NCBI GenBank assembly: GCA_964396185.1
Contig: CAYNEI010000001.1
Coordinates: forward strand, 12,014 to 76,013
Direction: 5' to 3'
Length of the DNA stretch: 64,000 nucleotides
From: an uncultured Thermoplasmatales archaeon
GTDB lineage: Archaea; Thermoplasmatota; SW-10-69-26
Positions 42,919 to 51,838 of this stretch are shown here, piece after piece; the stretch's first letter is position 1, and each line of letters opens with the position of its first letter. Made by a program: the position numbers and the translations under genes. A model generated the notes under the pieces. That model was not told the origin of the DNA. It made no database searches and saw nothing but the letters and a program-made list of their open reading frames with translations.

Positions 42919-43749
42919 CTAGCTCCCTCTCCAAGCGAGCAGCTCGTCTTCGGTGCGGTTGAGGGTGAGGCCGTATGCTTTAGAGTAGCCTACCCGGTCC
43001 TTCGGCCCGGTGGGGTCGAGCCACATGTACCCCCTGAGTTCCTTGGCTTCGATCTCATCACGAGTGCTCTCTGCCAGGTCGAGCAGGTCGAGGAGGTAAC
43101 CGAGCCTGCGGACCAGGACGTTGACGGCGTAGCGTTCAGCGTACCGGAGAAGCTTGTCGAAGTCGAGGTCGTCGCGTCCTTCCCAGATCGCTTTCACGAC
43201 TTCGCTGTAGCCGCCGGCGTAGTCCGGAATGTCGAGGCAGTCGATGAGGGTCTTCTCCCTGTCGCTGATCTGGAAGGTGCTCCCTGCCATCTGCTGTTCG
43301 GTGTAGCCGAAGAACTTGCGTTCCGCGAGGGTCACGAACTGGAAGGTGGTGGGTCCGAAGGCGACGTCGCGCTTGCGCTTGGTGGTGGCTACGAAGACGG
43401 TCCGGGGGTTTTGTTCGGTGAGGTTCCAGTGGTTGAGCGCGGTCCAGTAGCCGATGTAGTACTCCTCGATGAGGTGGGGTACGACGAGGAAGGGTAGCTC
43501 GGACCAGTGTCCCTCAAGGCCAGCGCGCGCAGGTACAAGCAGGTACGTGCCTTTCTCGATCTCTTTGACGCGGCCTTTCTTCTTGAGGCGGTAGATGACG
43601 TTCCAAGCCGCGGGCTCGGTGGAGCCCAGGATCGCGCGTGCGTGGCTGAACTCGAATACTGCTTTCCCCTCCTTCTCAAGGGTGAAGAGGAGCTTCACCT
43701 CTTCCGGACCCAGACGTATCTCTTGTTCGCTCATCCTCTTTTCTAACAA
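42919..43749 (-). CDS. AbiEi-like antitoxin / wHTH transcriptional regulator (COG5340-type)
   Basis: 276-aa ORF ending 1 nt before the AbiEii start. N-terminal wHTH (AAWNVIYRLKKKGRVKEIEKGTYLLVP) and the C-terminal domain typical of AbiEi. Confidence 0.75.
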   Translation of the reverse strand: MLEKRMSEQEIRLGPEEVKLLFTLEKEGKAVFEFSHARAILGSTEPAAWNVIYRLKKKGRVKEIEKGTYLLVPARAGLEGHWSELPFLVVPHLIEEYYIGYWTALNHWNLTEQNPRTVFVATTKRKRDVAFGPTTFQFVTLAERKFFGYTEQQMAGSTFQISDREKTLIDCLDIPDYAGGYSEVVKAIWEGRDDLDFDKLLRYAERYAVNVLVRRLGYLLDLLDLAESTRDEIEAKELRGYMWLDPTGPKDRVGYSKAYGLTLNRTEDELLAWRGS

Positions 43750-43885
43750 GAGGTTCGTGACATAAGTATTAAGACGTTCGCTCCCGCCCTCTCAAGCCCC
43801 GCTTGCCCGAGTGAACCCCTCAATGGTGAGATGGGCCTCTACGGAACGTTTATCGAGCGAGGACTCACCTTCAGGAGCGTTTGCT

Positions 43886-44146
43886 GTGGTATCGATCCGT
43901 CTCGACATCCCTGAGGATGTCCTCGCGTCACTGAATCTCCCCCCTGGTGAGGTCGAGGGTGAGCTCCGCAAGGAGCTAGCGGTCGCATTCTATGCTCGTG
44001 GTGTCCTCTCTGTTGGGAAAGCTGCTGAGTTCTCGGGGATGACGCGCTGGACGTTCGAGGAGCTGTTGGGAAAGCGTCGCGTTCCTCGGCACTACGGTCC
44101 CGACGAACTCGAGGAGGACCTGGGGTATGCCCTCGGCGATCGCTGA
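43886..44146 (+). CDS. UPF0175-family HTH antitoxin
   Basis: GTG at 43886, 8 nt after AGGAG. VSIRLDIPEDVLASLNLPPGEVEGELRKELAVAFYARGVLSVGKAAEFSGMTRWTFEELLGKRRVP is a typical UPF0175 sequence. Track ORF starts at 43811. Confidence 0.7.
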   Translation: MVSIRLDIPEDVLASLNLPPGEVEGELRKELAVAFYARGVLSVGKAAEFSGMTRWTFEELLGKRRVPRHYGPDELEEDLGYALGDR

Positions 44147-44204
44147 TGCCTCGGTCGTGATCCACCTTGCTGCCCGGCCTGTAGCACAGCGTGCTGCGGC
44201 GTGA
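44127..44204 (+). pseudogene. 25-codon remnant of the PIN-like (DUF3368-type) toxin normally partnered with UPF0175
   Basis: An ATG overlapping the antitoxin 3' end gives MPSAIADASVVIHLAARPVAQRAAA then a stop. The xxDASVxIxLA start resembles the PIN motif-1 region, and the rest of the gene is missing. Confidence 0.3.
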
Positions 44205-44210
44205 GTCCGG

Positions 44211-44555
44211 CTACGATCTTCTCTCGTGTTCCGAGTGTTCAAGGATCAAGGCGGTCGCCGCGGCGTCGAACTGGGCCGCACTGCACCGCGTGCAGTGGGC
44301 GCCCGGGAGGCGGGTGATCACGGTCAGCCCATGCGGGGTGGAGATGCTCTTCTGAAGGTTGTTCGTGGTCACCATCTCACCCCCGCAGATCGCGCACTGG
44401 GTGAGCTCGCCCTCGGGGAGCAAGGGCTCTCGCGTGGTCACTCGGATACGAGCTTGCAGATCACGGATCTGCCCGCCGGTGATCCCTGGGACGTCGGCTG
44501 GGTCTGGAGTGTCGTTCTCGTCGCGATGGTTCTCACAGTCCGACATCGTTCTCAC
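44211..44555 (-). CDS. YgiT/MqsA-type zinc-finger domain protein
   Basis: 114-aa ORF. CAICGGEMVTTNNLQKSISTPHGLTVITRLPGAHCTRCSAAQFD matches the CxxC-(beta-hairpin)-CxxC YgiT pattern. Confidence 0.5.
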   Translation of the reverse strand: MRTMSDCENHRDENDTPDPADVPGITGGQIRDLQARIRVTTREPLLPEGELTQCAICGGEMVTTNNLQKSISTPHGLTVITRLPGAHCTRCSAAQFDAAATALILEHSEHERRS

Positions 44556-44608
44556 TCCGGGAAGGTGGTGATGGAGCGACCGGTCCTCGCGCTAGGCCGT
44601 TGGACGCA

Positions 44609-44683
<75 letters not shown>

Positions 44684-44847
44684 GGTAGGCCACGCAAGGA
44701 CGCGTCGGATTTGAACACTTCGGTCGGCGAGTACGGTGGTGCCGTTGGCCTGCCGTACTCGCCGACCAGCTTGCGCCTGCGGCGCAACGGGCGCGCCGTT
44801 CGGCCACCCCCTCGTGCGGCGGAGCCGCACGCCCCTGCCGGTGTCCA

Positions 44848-45519
44848 TCATCGCCCAGTGCCGCCGAGCCCGTAGCGCTCGGACACCTGGTCGAGGTCGA
44901 CCTCGCCAGCCCAGGCCTCCACGACGAGGCGGGCCTCGGCCTCCGCTGTGGTCGGCGCCATGCCCATGTCGCACTCGTTGACGTCCGGTGCCACATCCGG
45001 GGCGCACGTGGTGATGCCGTACGCGATGCGGGTCCGGCTCTCGCTGGCCCCCTCGTCGTCGCTGCGGACGTGCTCGCCCACGGTGAGCACCGTGATCGAG
45101 AACCCCTCCCCCTCCAAGCCCGGAGCGACGTAGACGAACTCGTAGTCCGTGCCGAGCAGGGCGTTGGGGGTGCAGGTCGTCGTGGGTGGGCAGCCCTCGA
45201 CGGGGTCCCAGGTGAGCACGACGGCCAGCTGGGTGGCGTTGGGTGGGATCGGCTCCTCGAGGGTGGGCGGTTGCTCGGGGCCGAACCAGCCGGTCTGCAC
45301 GATGGTGCGCTGCTGGTCGTGGAGGATCTGCGGGGGGGCAAGCTCGACAGGTGGTGGGCTCGTGTCGGGCTGGGCTGCCCGCTCGCCCGCCTCGGCACCC
45401 CCGACGGGCTCGTCCCCAGCAGAGTCAGCATCGCCGATGCATCCTGTCAGCGCGGGTGCAGCGAGCAGGGCGGTCACGAGGGCAAGCACATGGATCGATC
45501 GCGTCGGCGTGTGTGCCAT
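44848..45519 (-). CDS. lipobox-bearing secreted hypothetical protein
   Basis: Start at the Met at 45519: MAHTPTRSIHVLALVTALLAAPALTGC. Acidic mature part with Cys pairs. Track ORF extends to 45543. Confidence 0.6.
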   Translation of the reverse strand: MAHTPTRSIHVLALVTALLAAPALTGCIGDADSAGDEPVGGAEAGERAAQPDTSPPPVELAPPQILHDQQRTIVQTGWFGPEQPPTLEEPIPPNATQLAVVLTWDPVEGCPPTTTCTPNALLGTDYEFVYVAPGLEGEGFSITVLTVGEHVRSDDEGASESRTRIAYGITTCAPDVAPDVNECDMGMAPTTAEAEARLVVEAWAGEVDLDQVSERYGLGGTGR

Positions 45520-45594
45520 GGGGGGCCGACGACCTGAGGGCACAAGCCGTGCGCGAACCTCTGCATCGCAGAGGGCTCTGCGTCACAGAGCGGG

Positions 45595-46146
45595 TCAAGC
45601 GCCCCGGGAGCGGCCCTCCACCAAGGCGGTGGCCACCAGGTGCGCGATGCGCAGCGGCTCGGGGGTGCGCCCGCGCACGGTCTGGATGCGCAGCAGCTCC
45701 TCGATCGTGTCCAGCTCGCCGCCGGCGCGGCGGACATGGACACAGCCGGTGCCCAGCTCGATGGGCTCGATGGGCTGGTTGGTGAGCAGCCGGTAGCGCT
45801 CAGCGGCGTCGTCGAAGTGCTCGAGGAGTGCCGCGCGCACGGCGGCATCGTCGGGTGGATCGCGGATGACCGCGATGACCGGGAGGCCAAGCGCGTCGTG
45901 GATGGCGTCGAGGTCGAGGACGTTGAAGCCGCCGAGCGCGCCGCCGTCGAAGGCGATGGCGTGCACGGTCTCGAGCATCGGTCGCCCGTCGAGCAGCTCC
46001 AGGATGGTCTCGGTGGCATCCCGGCCGTCCACGGTGACTTTGTCGGTGAGCACGGCCTCGACGTAGCCGCCGCCCCTCGTCATCACGCCAGCGATGGGCG
46101 TGGTGGCCTGCTCGAAGGTGAAGGGCCCATCGTCGAAGCCGAGCAT
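45595..46146 (-). CDS. UPF0215/DUF99 family protein
   Basis: 183-aa ORF. MLGFDDGPF..., VTVDGRDATE, AFDGGALGGFNVLDLD, GLPVIAV match the DUF99 layout. Confidence 0.7.
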   Translation of the reverse strand: MLGFDDGPFTFEQATTPIAGVMTRGGGYVEAVLTDKVTVDGRDATETILELLDGRPMLETVHAIAFDGGALGGFNVLDLDAIHDALGLPVIAVIRDPPDDAAVRAALLEHFDDAAERYRLLTNQPIEPIELGTGCVHVRRAGGELDTIEELLRIQTVRGRTPEPLRIAHLVATALVEGRSRGA

Positions 46147-46168
46147 GCGCGCCTCTGGCTTCGTGGGC

Positions 46169-46930
46169 TCACCCCGGGGCCAGCTCGATCTCGCCCAGCC
46201 AGGCTCTCAACTGCTCGCCAGCCGCTTGCACGTCCTCGGCTTGGCCGGTCAAGCGCACGATCACGCGTTTCTCCCCGTGCTGGGGATACGAGCCGATCTC
46301 GACCTCGGGGAAGGCCTCGGCGAGCTCTTCGAGGGTCGAAGAGACGGGTGCTTCGAAGGTGGCCAGGTGGATCTCCTCCACGCTCCGGGCTTGACCCACG
46401 GGGATGAGCTCGCCCTCGAGCAGGTGGGCGAAGACGCTTTGCAGCTCGGTGGGTGGCCCGGGGAGCACGTAAAGGGTGTCGGCTGGGCCCGGGTCGGGCA
46501 CCGTGTGCACCGAGCCAGGTGCAGCACCCTCCGCGTTGGGGATCACGATGCCGCCTTTCGGGATCCTGGCCATGCGCCAGGCGCCGTCGTCCACCTCGTC
46601 GGTGTCCAGGTAGCCTGCCTGCTTGCCGTAGCGGTAGATGCGGCGGATCTGGTCGCGGGCCTTCTGGGGCGTCTCGAGTGGCCGGTGCAGGAAGCTGGCC
46701 ACGGCCTCGATGGTAAGATCGTCCTGGGTGGGGCCCAGCCCGCCGCACACGAAGAGCAGCTCGGCGCGCTCACCTGCCTCCTGGAGGCCAGCCACGATCT
46801 CCTCGATGGTGTCGGGCACGATGGTGATGCGCACCACGCGGTGGCCCAACTCGCGGAGCTGGCCGGCCAGGAACGGGCCGTTGGCATCCTGGGTGTAGCC
46901 GGAGAGCAGCTCGTTGCCGACGACGACCAT
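46169..46930 (-). CDS. CinA-like molybdopterin-binding (MoCF_BD) domain protein
   Basis: MVVVGNELLSGYTQDANGPFLAGQL...LLFVCGGLGPTQDDLT. ATG at 46930; the track gives an alternative GTG at 46942. Confidence 0.8.
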   Translation of the reverse strand: MVVVGNELLSGYTQDANGPFLAGQLRELGHRVVRITIVPDTIEEIVAGLQEAGERAELLFVCGGLGPTQDDLTIEAVASFLHRPLETPQKARDQIRRIYRYGKQAGYLDTDEVDDGAWRMARIPKGGIVIPNAEGAAPGSVHTVPDPGPADTLYVLPGPPTELQSVFAHLLEGELIPVGQARSVEEIHLATFEAPVSSTLEELAEAFPEVEIGSYPQHGEKRVIVRLTGQAEDVQAAGEQLRAWLGEIELAPG

Positions 46931-47032
46931 GGCCGCGCGCACGGGTGGTGCAGGGGCGGGGGGGGACCTATGCTCTTCGCCTGCGTAGCTTTATCAACCC
47001 ACAACCTGCTTGGACGCTCCCTGGGTGGTCCT

Positions 47033-48859
47033 GTGGCGAAACACTCCCTCGTCGATCTCTTCCAAGACTCTGCGCGAGCTCACGGCCAGACGCCCGCCAT
47101 GCGCTACAAGCGCCAGGGCACCTGGCACACCGTGACCTACGACGGCATGAAGCGGTTCGTCGAGGATCTGGCCGGCGGGTTGATCAGCCTCGGGCTAGAA
47201 CCCGGAGAGCGCGTGGGCATCTACTCGGCCAACACCCCGGAGTGGATCATCACCGACTACGCCGCGCTGCACTGCGCTGCCGTCACAGCCCCGGTCTACG
47301 ACACCCTCACGGTGGACCAGGCCGCCTACATCCTCAACGACGCCGAGGCCAAGGTCGTGTTCGTTGAGAACGAGGAGAAGCTCGAGGGCGTGCTCTCCAA
47401 GGCCAGCGAGCTCGAGCACCTGGAGCACATCGTCGTCATGGGCCCCGTGCCCGAGGGTTACGAGGCCAAGGACAACATCCTGGGCATGGATGCCCTCTAC
47501 ACCCGGGGACGCACCTACCTCGAGGAGCTCCCGGATCTGCTCCAAGACCGCGTCGATTCCATCGGCCCGAACGATCTGGCTTCGCTGGTCTACACGAGCG
47601 GCACCACCGGCAACCCCAAGGGTGTCATGCTCACCCACAAGAACTTCGCCTCCAACGTCGAGGCGACCCTGCAGGGCCTGCCTATCGCCGAGGAGACCCA
47701 CTTGGCCTTCCTGCCGCTTTGCCACTCGTTCGCGCGCACCGGAGACCAGTTCGTACCCTACTCCTCAGGCTCCACAGTCTGCTTCGCCGAGGGCCTGGAT
47801 GACCTGGCCAAGAACATGCAAGAGGTCCACCCCACCGTGATGCTCTCGGTCCCTCGCCTCTACGAGAAGATGTACGCCAAGATCAAGCAGAGCGTGGACG
47901 AGGGCAGCGCGCTCAAGCAGAAGATCTTCAACTGGTCCATCGAGGTGGGCCGCGAGGTGGCCCACAAGAAGGCCGACGGCGAGGACATCGGTGCTGGGCT
48001 CAGCTTCAAGCACAAGCTTGCCAGCAAGCTCGTGTTCGACAAGCTCAAGGAGACCACCGGCGGCAAGCTCAAGTTCTTCGTCAGCGGCGGGGCCGCGCTG
48101 AGCCCCGAGATCATGGAGTTCTTCGCGTCTGCTGATCTGTGGATCATGCAGGGCTACGGGCTCACCGAGACCAGCCCCGTGCTCACCGCCAACAACCCAG
48201 ACGACTACCGGTTCGGCTCCGTGGGCAAGGCGATCCCTGGTGTCGAGATCCGCATCGACGAGGAGGTCTGGGATGGAAGCGAGGGCGAGGGCGAGATCCA
48301 AGCCCGAGGCCCGAACATCACGCAAGGCTACTACAAATTGCCCGAAGAGACCGAGGCGCTGTTCACCGAGGACGGCTGGCTGCGCACGGGGGATGTGGGC
48401 CGGCTGGACGAGGATGGCTTCCTGTTCATCACGGACCGGCTCAAGCAGATCTTCAAAACCGCCTACGGCAAGTACATCGTGCCCAACAAGCTCGAAACCC
48501 TGCTCACCGACCAGCCCCACATCGCCCAAGCCGTCATCATCGGCGAGGACCGCAAGTACGTGGGCGCGCTCGTCGTGCCGGACTTCGAGCGCCTGGAACC
48601 CTGGGCCACCGAACAGGGCCTCAGCTTCGAGACGCGCGAGGATCTCGTGGCACTCGACGACGTTCACGAGCTCATCTGGGGCGAGGTGGAGAGGGTCAAC
48701 GAGGAGTTGGCGCGCTACGAGCAGATCAAGCGCATCGAGCTGCTCCACCGGGAGCTCGACCAGGAGAACGACGAGCTCACGCCCACCCTCAAGGTCAAGA
48801 TGCGCGTGGTCGAGGACAACTGGGCCGACGAGATCGAGGCGCTCTACCCTGATGCTTGA
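47033..48859 (+). CDS. long-chain-fatty-acid--CoA ligase (AMP-dependent synthetase, FadD-like)
   Basis: Homology begins near VAKHSLVDLFQDSARAHG (GTG 47033; alternative ATG 46970) in track ORF 46094..48859. AMP motif YTSGTTGNPKGVMLTHKN, then GYGLTETS, TGDVG, and a C-terminal ...LTPTLKVKMR block. A TATA-like TTTATCAA lies at 46990. Confidence 0.85.
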   Translation: MAKHSLVDLFQDSARAHGQTPAMRYKRQGTWHTVTYDGMKRFVEDLAGGLISLGLEPGERVGIYSANTPEWIITDYAALHCAAVTAPVYDTLTVDQAAYILNDAEAKVVFVENEEKLEGVLSKASELEHLEHIVVMGPVPEGYEAKDNILGMDALYTRGRTYLEELPDLLQDRVDSIGPNDLASLVYTSGTTGNPKGVMLTHKNFASNVEATLQGLPIAEETHLAFLPLCHSFARTGDQFVPYSSGSTVCFAEGLDDLAKNMQEVHPTVMLSVPRLYEKMYAKIKQSVDEGSALKQKIFNWSIEVGREVAHKKADGEDIGAGLSFKHKLASKLVFDKLKETTGGKLKFFVSGGAALSPEIMEFFASADLWIMQGYGLTETSPVLTANNPDDYRFGSVGKAIPGVEIRIDEEVWDGSEGEGEIQARGPNITQGYYKLPEETEALFTEDGWLRTGDVGRLDEDGFLFITDRLKQIFKTAYGKYIVPNKLETLLTDQPHIAQAVIIGEDRKYVGALVVPDFERLEPWATEQGLSFETREDLVALDDVHELIWGEVERVNEELARYEQIKRIELLHRELDQENDELTPTLKVKMRVVEDNWADEIEALYPDA

Positions 48860-49324
48860 GCGAGGCTGAGCGAGCTCAAGCTCGCCTCTGGGCAGGCGCG
48901 CAAATCCGATGATAGGCCATAGTCTGCAGGCGCTTCGCTACTCCGTGTGGGCAACCATCCTCGCGCCATCCTGGGAGATGCCCTCAACCCATGTGGTTGC
49001 GTCCGAACCTCCTAACCCAGACCAAGGTCTTCGAGGCGGCCGAGAGTCCGCGGAATCCCTGGTTCATCGACCGTGTGGAACCGCGCACCGAGCGACGGAG
49101 CCTAAGCATCTGGGTGCGCTGCAGGTTAGTACGTCCTTACCTAACGGGTGTGCACTGACAGACATAAGCCCTTGACCGAGAACCCTTCCACCGAGCTCAA
49201 CTGAGCGACGTTCCCTCCTGGTAGGCAACCCTCACTTCCACTGGTAGTAGTAGTTTTCAGTCAAGACCACATGAGACCAAAGGGAGCCGATAGGCTTAAC
49301 CCTCGACAACCTATTCGGGATTCC

Positions 49325-50020
49325 ATGGGAGAAGGGGCCCCTCAAGGTCGTCAGTTTTCGATTATGCTCGTGTTTGGACTCATCTCAGGATTCTTGGTCG
49401 CCGCAGCTCCGACTTCCGCTGAGGTCGTGGAGGAGTGCGACGAACAAATTGGGCTCATCATTACACCCATATCCGATGACTGCGCCGTGGCCGCATGCCA
49501 GGATCGACCCGGGATCGCGACACCGACAGCGACCGATGCCTGTTATATAGGAGTATGTAACGACCCCATCGGAGTGTTCACCCCCGGAAATTGTATGACG
49601 ACACAGTGTGAGCATGGAGGATTGGGCTACAGCGTACAACAGCATGATGGGTCCGATGATGGCCTCGATGTATGTGTGGCCACTCGCTGTTCCGACGGCT
49701 GGACCGGCATCGTCCTCGTAAGCGAGGTGCAAAGATACGACGCACTCTGCTTCTTCGTCTACACCTGCGATTGGGGAGAGACTGTTGACAGCTTCGCTGT
49801 TAAATATCGTTATGAAGCCACCAACCCACCCGGCACTTCCGAAGGTGAAACTCCCTGCACTCCACCCCCAGAGAACAAGGAACCCATCGACGAAGCACTC
49901 GAATTCATCAACGAGGGCGGCTGCTACGATCCACCGGTACTTGGGACATACTGCTCTGACACGGGAGTCCCCGTGTTTTGGCTCATCGAGACAGTGAAAG
50001 AATGGGCTGGGCAATCGTGA
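49325..50020 (+). CDS. Cys-rich secreted protein (14 Cys in the mature part), low-GC gene, no recognised family
   Basis: Signal MGEGAPQGRQFSIMLVFGLISGFLVAAAPTSA. Three C-x-D/E-x-x-G-x-x-x-TP repeats (CDEQIGLIITP, CQDRPGIATP, CNDPIGVFTP). Composition is clearly less GC-rich than neighbouring genes. The track ORF starts at 49271. Confidence 0.6.
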   Translation: MGEGAPQGRQFSIMLVFGLISGFLVAAAPTSAEVVEECDEQIGLIITPISDDCAVAACQDRPGIATPTATDACYIGVCNDPIGVFTPGNCMTTQCEHGGLGYSVQQHDGSDDGLDVCVATRCSDGWTGIVLVSEVQRYDALCFFVYTCDWGETVDSFAVKYRYEATNPPGTSEGETPCTPPPENKEPIDEALEFINEGGCYDPPVLGTYCSDTGVPVFWLIETVKEWAGQS

Positions 50021-50123
50021 GCCATCTAGCTTCGCCCGTACACCATCCTGGGGGCAAGAGAGCTGGAGGTCCCGGTCGCTCGGTGAACAGGGGCCCTGCC
50101 TCACGAGAGTCAGCGGGATCCTG

Positions 50124-51542
50124 ACACCCAGGCGGCGGCGCCTTCGAGGACAACTCCGGCAAGGACTGCAACCTGATCACGCCTGAGGCCCTCAAGGCCC
50201 ACACGACGCTCAGCGCCACCTACACCGACTCAGAGGTGAACGCAGCTTCGGCTACCTGGTCGAGGCCCACGACGTGGACATCTACACGGTCCCCCTCGCG
50301 GACACCCAGCAAGGGGTCACCGGGATCATCGGCGATCTGATCCCTGACGACCTGCCCGAGCCCATCGCCGGCCTGATCGAGGCAGCCCAAGAGGCCCTCG
50401 AGGACGGCGCCAGCGATGTCGAGGAGCTCACCGACCCGCTCGTCGAGGAAGCAGACAAGGCCAGCTCGCGCGCTGGACCGACCAAGGCGGCCACCCCAGA
50501 GCCCAACGCGGCCGACGACAACAGCCTCACCATGTCGGCGCTCACGGATGGAACCCGTTGCGACGAGGTGCTGGGTCTGACCCCACCTGGCGGCGAGTCC
50601 AAGAGCTACTACAACCTCATGGACGTCCGCATCGTGCAAGACCCCACGTTCCGCCAAGCCAACTTCGACGGCGTGACGGTCAACGCCCTCAAGGACCCCA
50701 CCGCGCTGGACGGCGACGGCCTGCCGGCCGAGAGCGACGAGCAGAGCCACAACCCATGGCACCCCGGCGCGTACAAGTTCGACGGGCTGCTCAACGTCTT
50801 CCTGGACGGCAACAGCAACGGCCAGTTCGACGCCTGCCCGGTCGACCAGGGCGACGGCCCGAGCCCGGACCTCTGCGTGGCTGATCTCGACTACGACATG
50901 TACGAGGCCAGCGGCGCGATCGGTGACAGCGCCCGCGACAAGAACATGGACGACCCCACGGGGCTCTACTTCGTGCTCAAGGTCACCGGCCCCGTGGCGA
51001 CCTACGACGTCGAGCGCTCAGGGGACCCCGATGAGACCCTGGCGGCTTCCGCGGACCGCACCGTCGTCATGAACGGCGATGGGCTCAACTGCATCGTGGG
51101 CACCACCACGGGGCTGCTCGACCTTGCCCCCGGCGATCTCTTCCGGGAGCTCAACAGCTTGAGCCCCAGTGCAACCGACGAGGACGTCGCCGCCGATCTG
51201 TGCGGCGAGGACGCCGACGACGTGGCCCTGATCAAGGACGCGTTCGCGACCCAGAGCCAGGCCGGCGGCACCCTCAACGACGCCAAGAGCGGCAAGCTGG
51301 CCTCTGCAGTCGGCTTCGTGAAGACCGGCTCCAACGCGGCTGCGCTCAACAACGGCCCGGGCGACGGGCTCACCGTCACCGCGGTGCTCAGCATCCAGGA
51401 CGGCGAGGTGCACTCGGACACGAGCGGGAACATCAACCTCGGCGACAACCCCGCCACGCTCGAGACGACCCTGTCCAACGGTGCTGACGTCTACGTCTGG
51501 ACCGACCACGAGCCCTTCGTGAGCACGGTCAGCGGGTCCTAA
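50124..51542 (+). pseudogene. decayed first member of the paralog array (N-terminal third lost, frameshifts, internal deletion); C-terminal 422 codons still open
   Basis: Frame 0 at 50124-50162 reads HPGGGAFEDNSGK. Frame +1 at 50164-50202 reads DCNLITPEALKAH (compare FGGAFEDGSNKPCNLIHPSDLADH in the last copy). Frame 0 resumes at 50247 with FGYLVEAHDVDIYT, a block that lies ~140 aa further downstream in intact copies. No signal peptide or SD. Confidence 0.65.
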
Positions 51543-51569
51543 GAAACGTGACGCGACTCGCAACCTCCT

Positions 51570-51610
51570 GGCCCGCGCGCCTCGCGCGCGGGCCAAGCTT
51601 CTTTTCTTAT
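51570..51610 (+). terminator. GC hairpin plus T-rich tail
   Basis: GGCCCGCGCGC-ctc-GCGCGCGGGCC (11-bp arms) followed by AAGCTTCTTTTCTTAT, 28 nt after the stop. Confidence 0.55.
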
Positions 51611-51838
51611 CCTGAGGACCAGGCAGCGGTAGCGCTGGCGAGTCAACCTCCGGCGCGCCGCACGCGCGCTGATTGCAGCGAAGCCGCGACCCGTCCCGGG
51701 TGCGCGCGCCACCGAGGTACCACCGCACCCGGTGTACCCGAAGCCTGGAACCCAACAACCACTAAATACCTCTTGCTCAATGTTTGTTTAACAGGCTGTT
51801 GTGGCTGTTCCAGCCGGCAGCGTGTGGAGGTTTGAAGC

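Noticed and set aside
49030-49175. Possible RNase P RNA: GGCGGCCGAGAGTCCGCGG, GGAACCGCGCACCGAGCG and ACAGACATAAGCCC loosely recall CR-I, CR-III and CR-IV/V.
   Set aside because: The CR-I-like segment lacks the GGAAAGUCC core. The proposed P4 strands are not complementary (AGAGUCCGCGG versus AAGCCC). The spacing is far too short. This is most likely chance similarity in a non-coding spacer.
48909-49175. 88-aa ORF in the spacer before the Cys-rich gene.
   Set aside because: It has no motif, atypical codon usage with no GC3 bias, and no start context. It is more likely non-coding spacer or promoter DNA.
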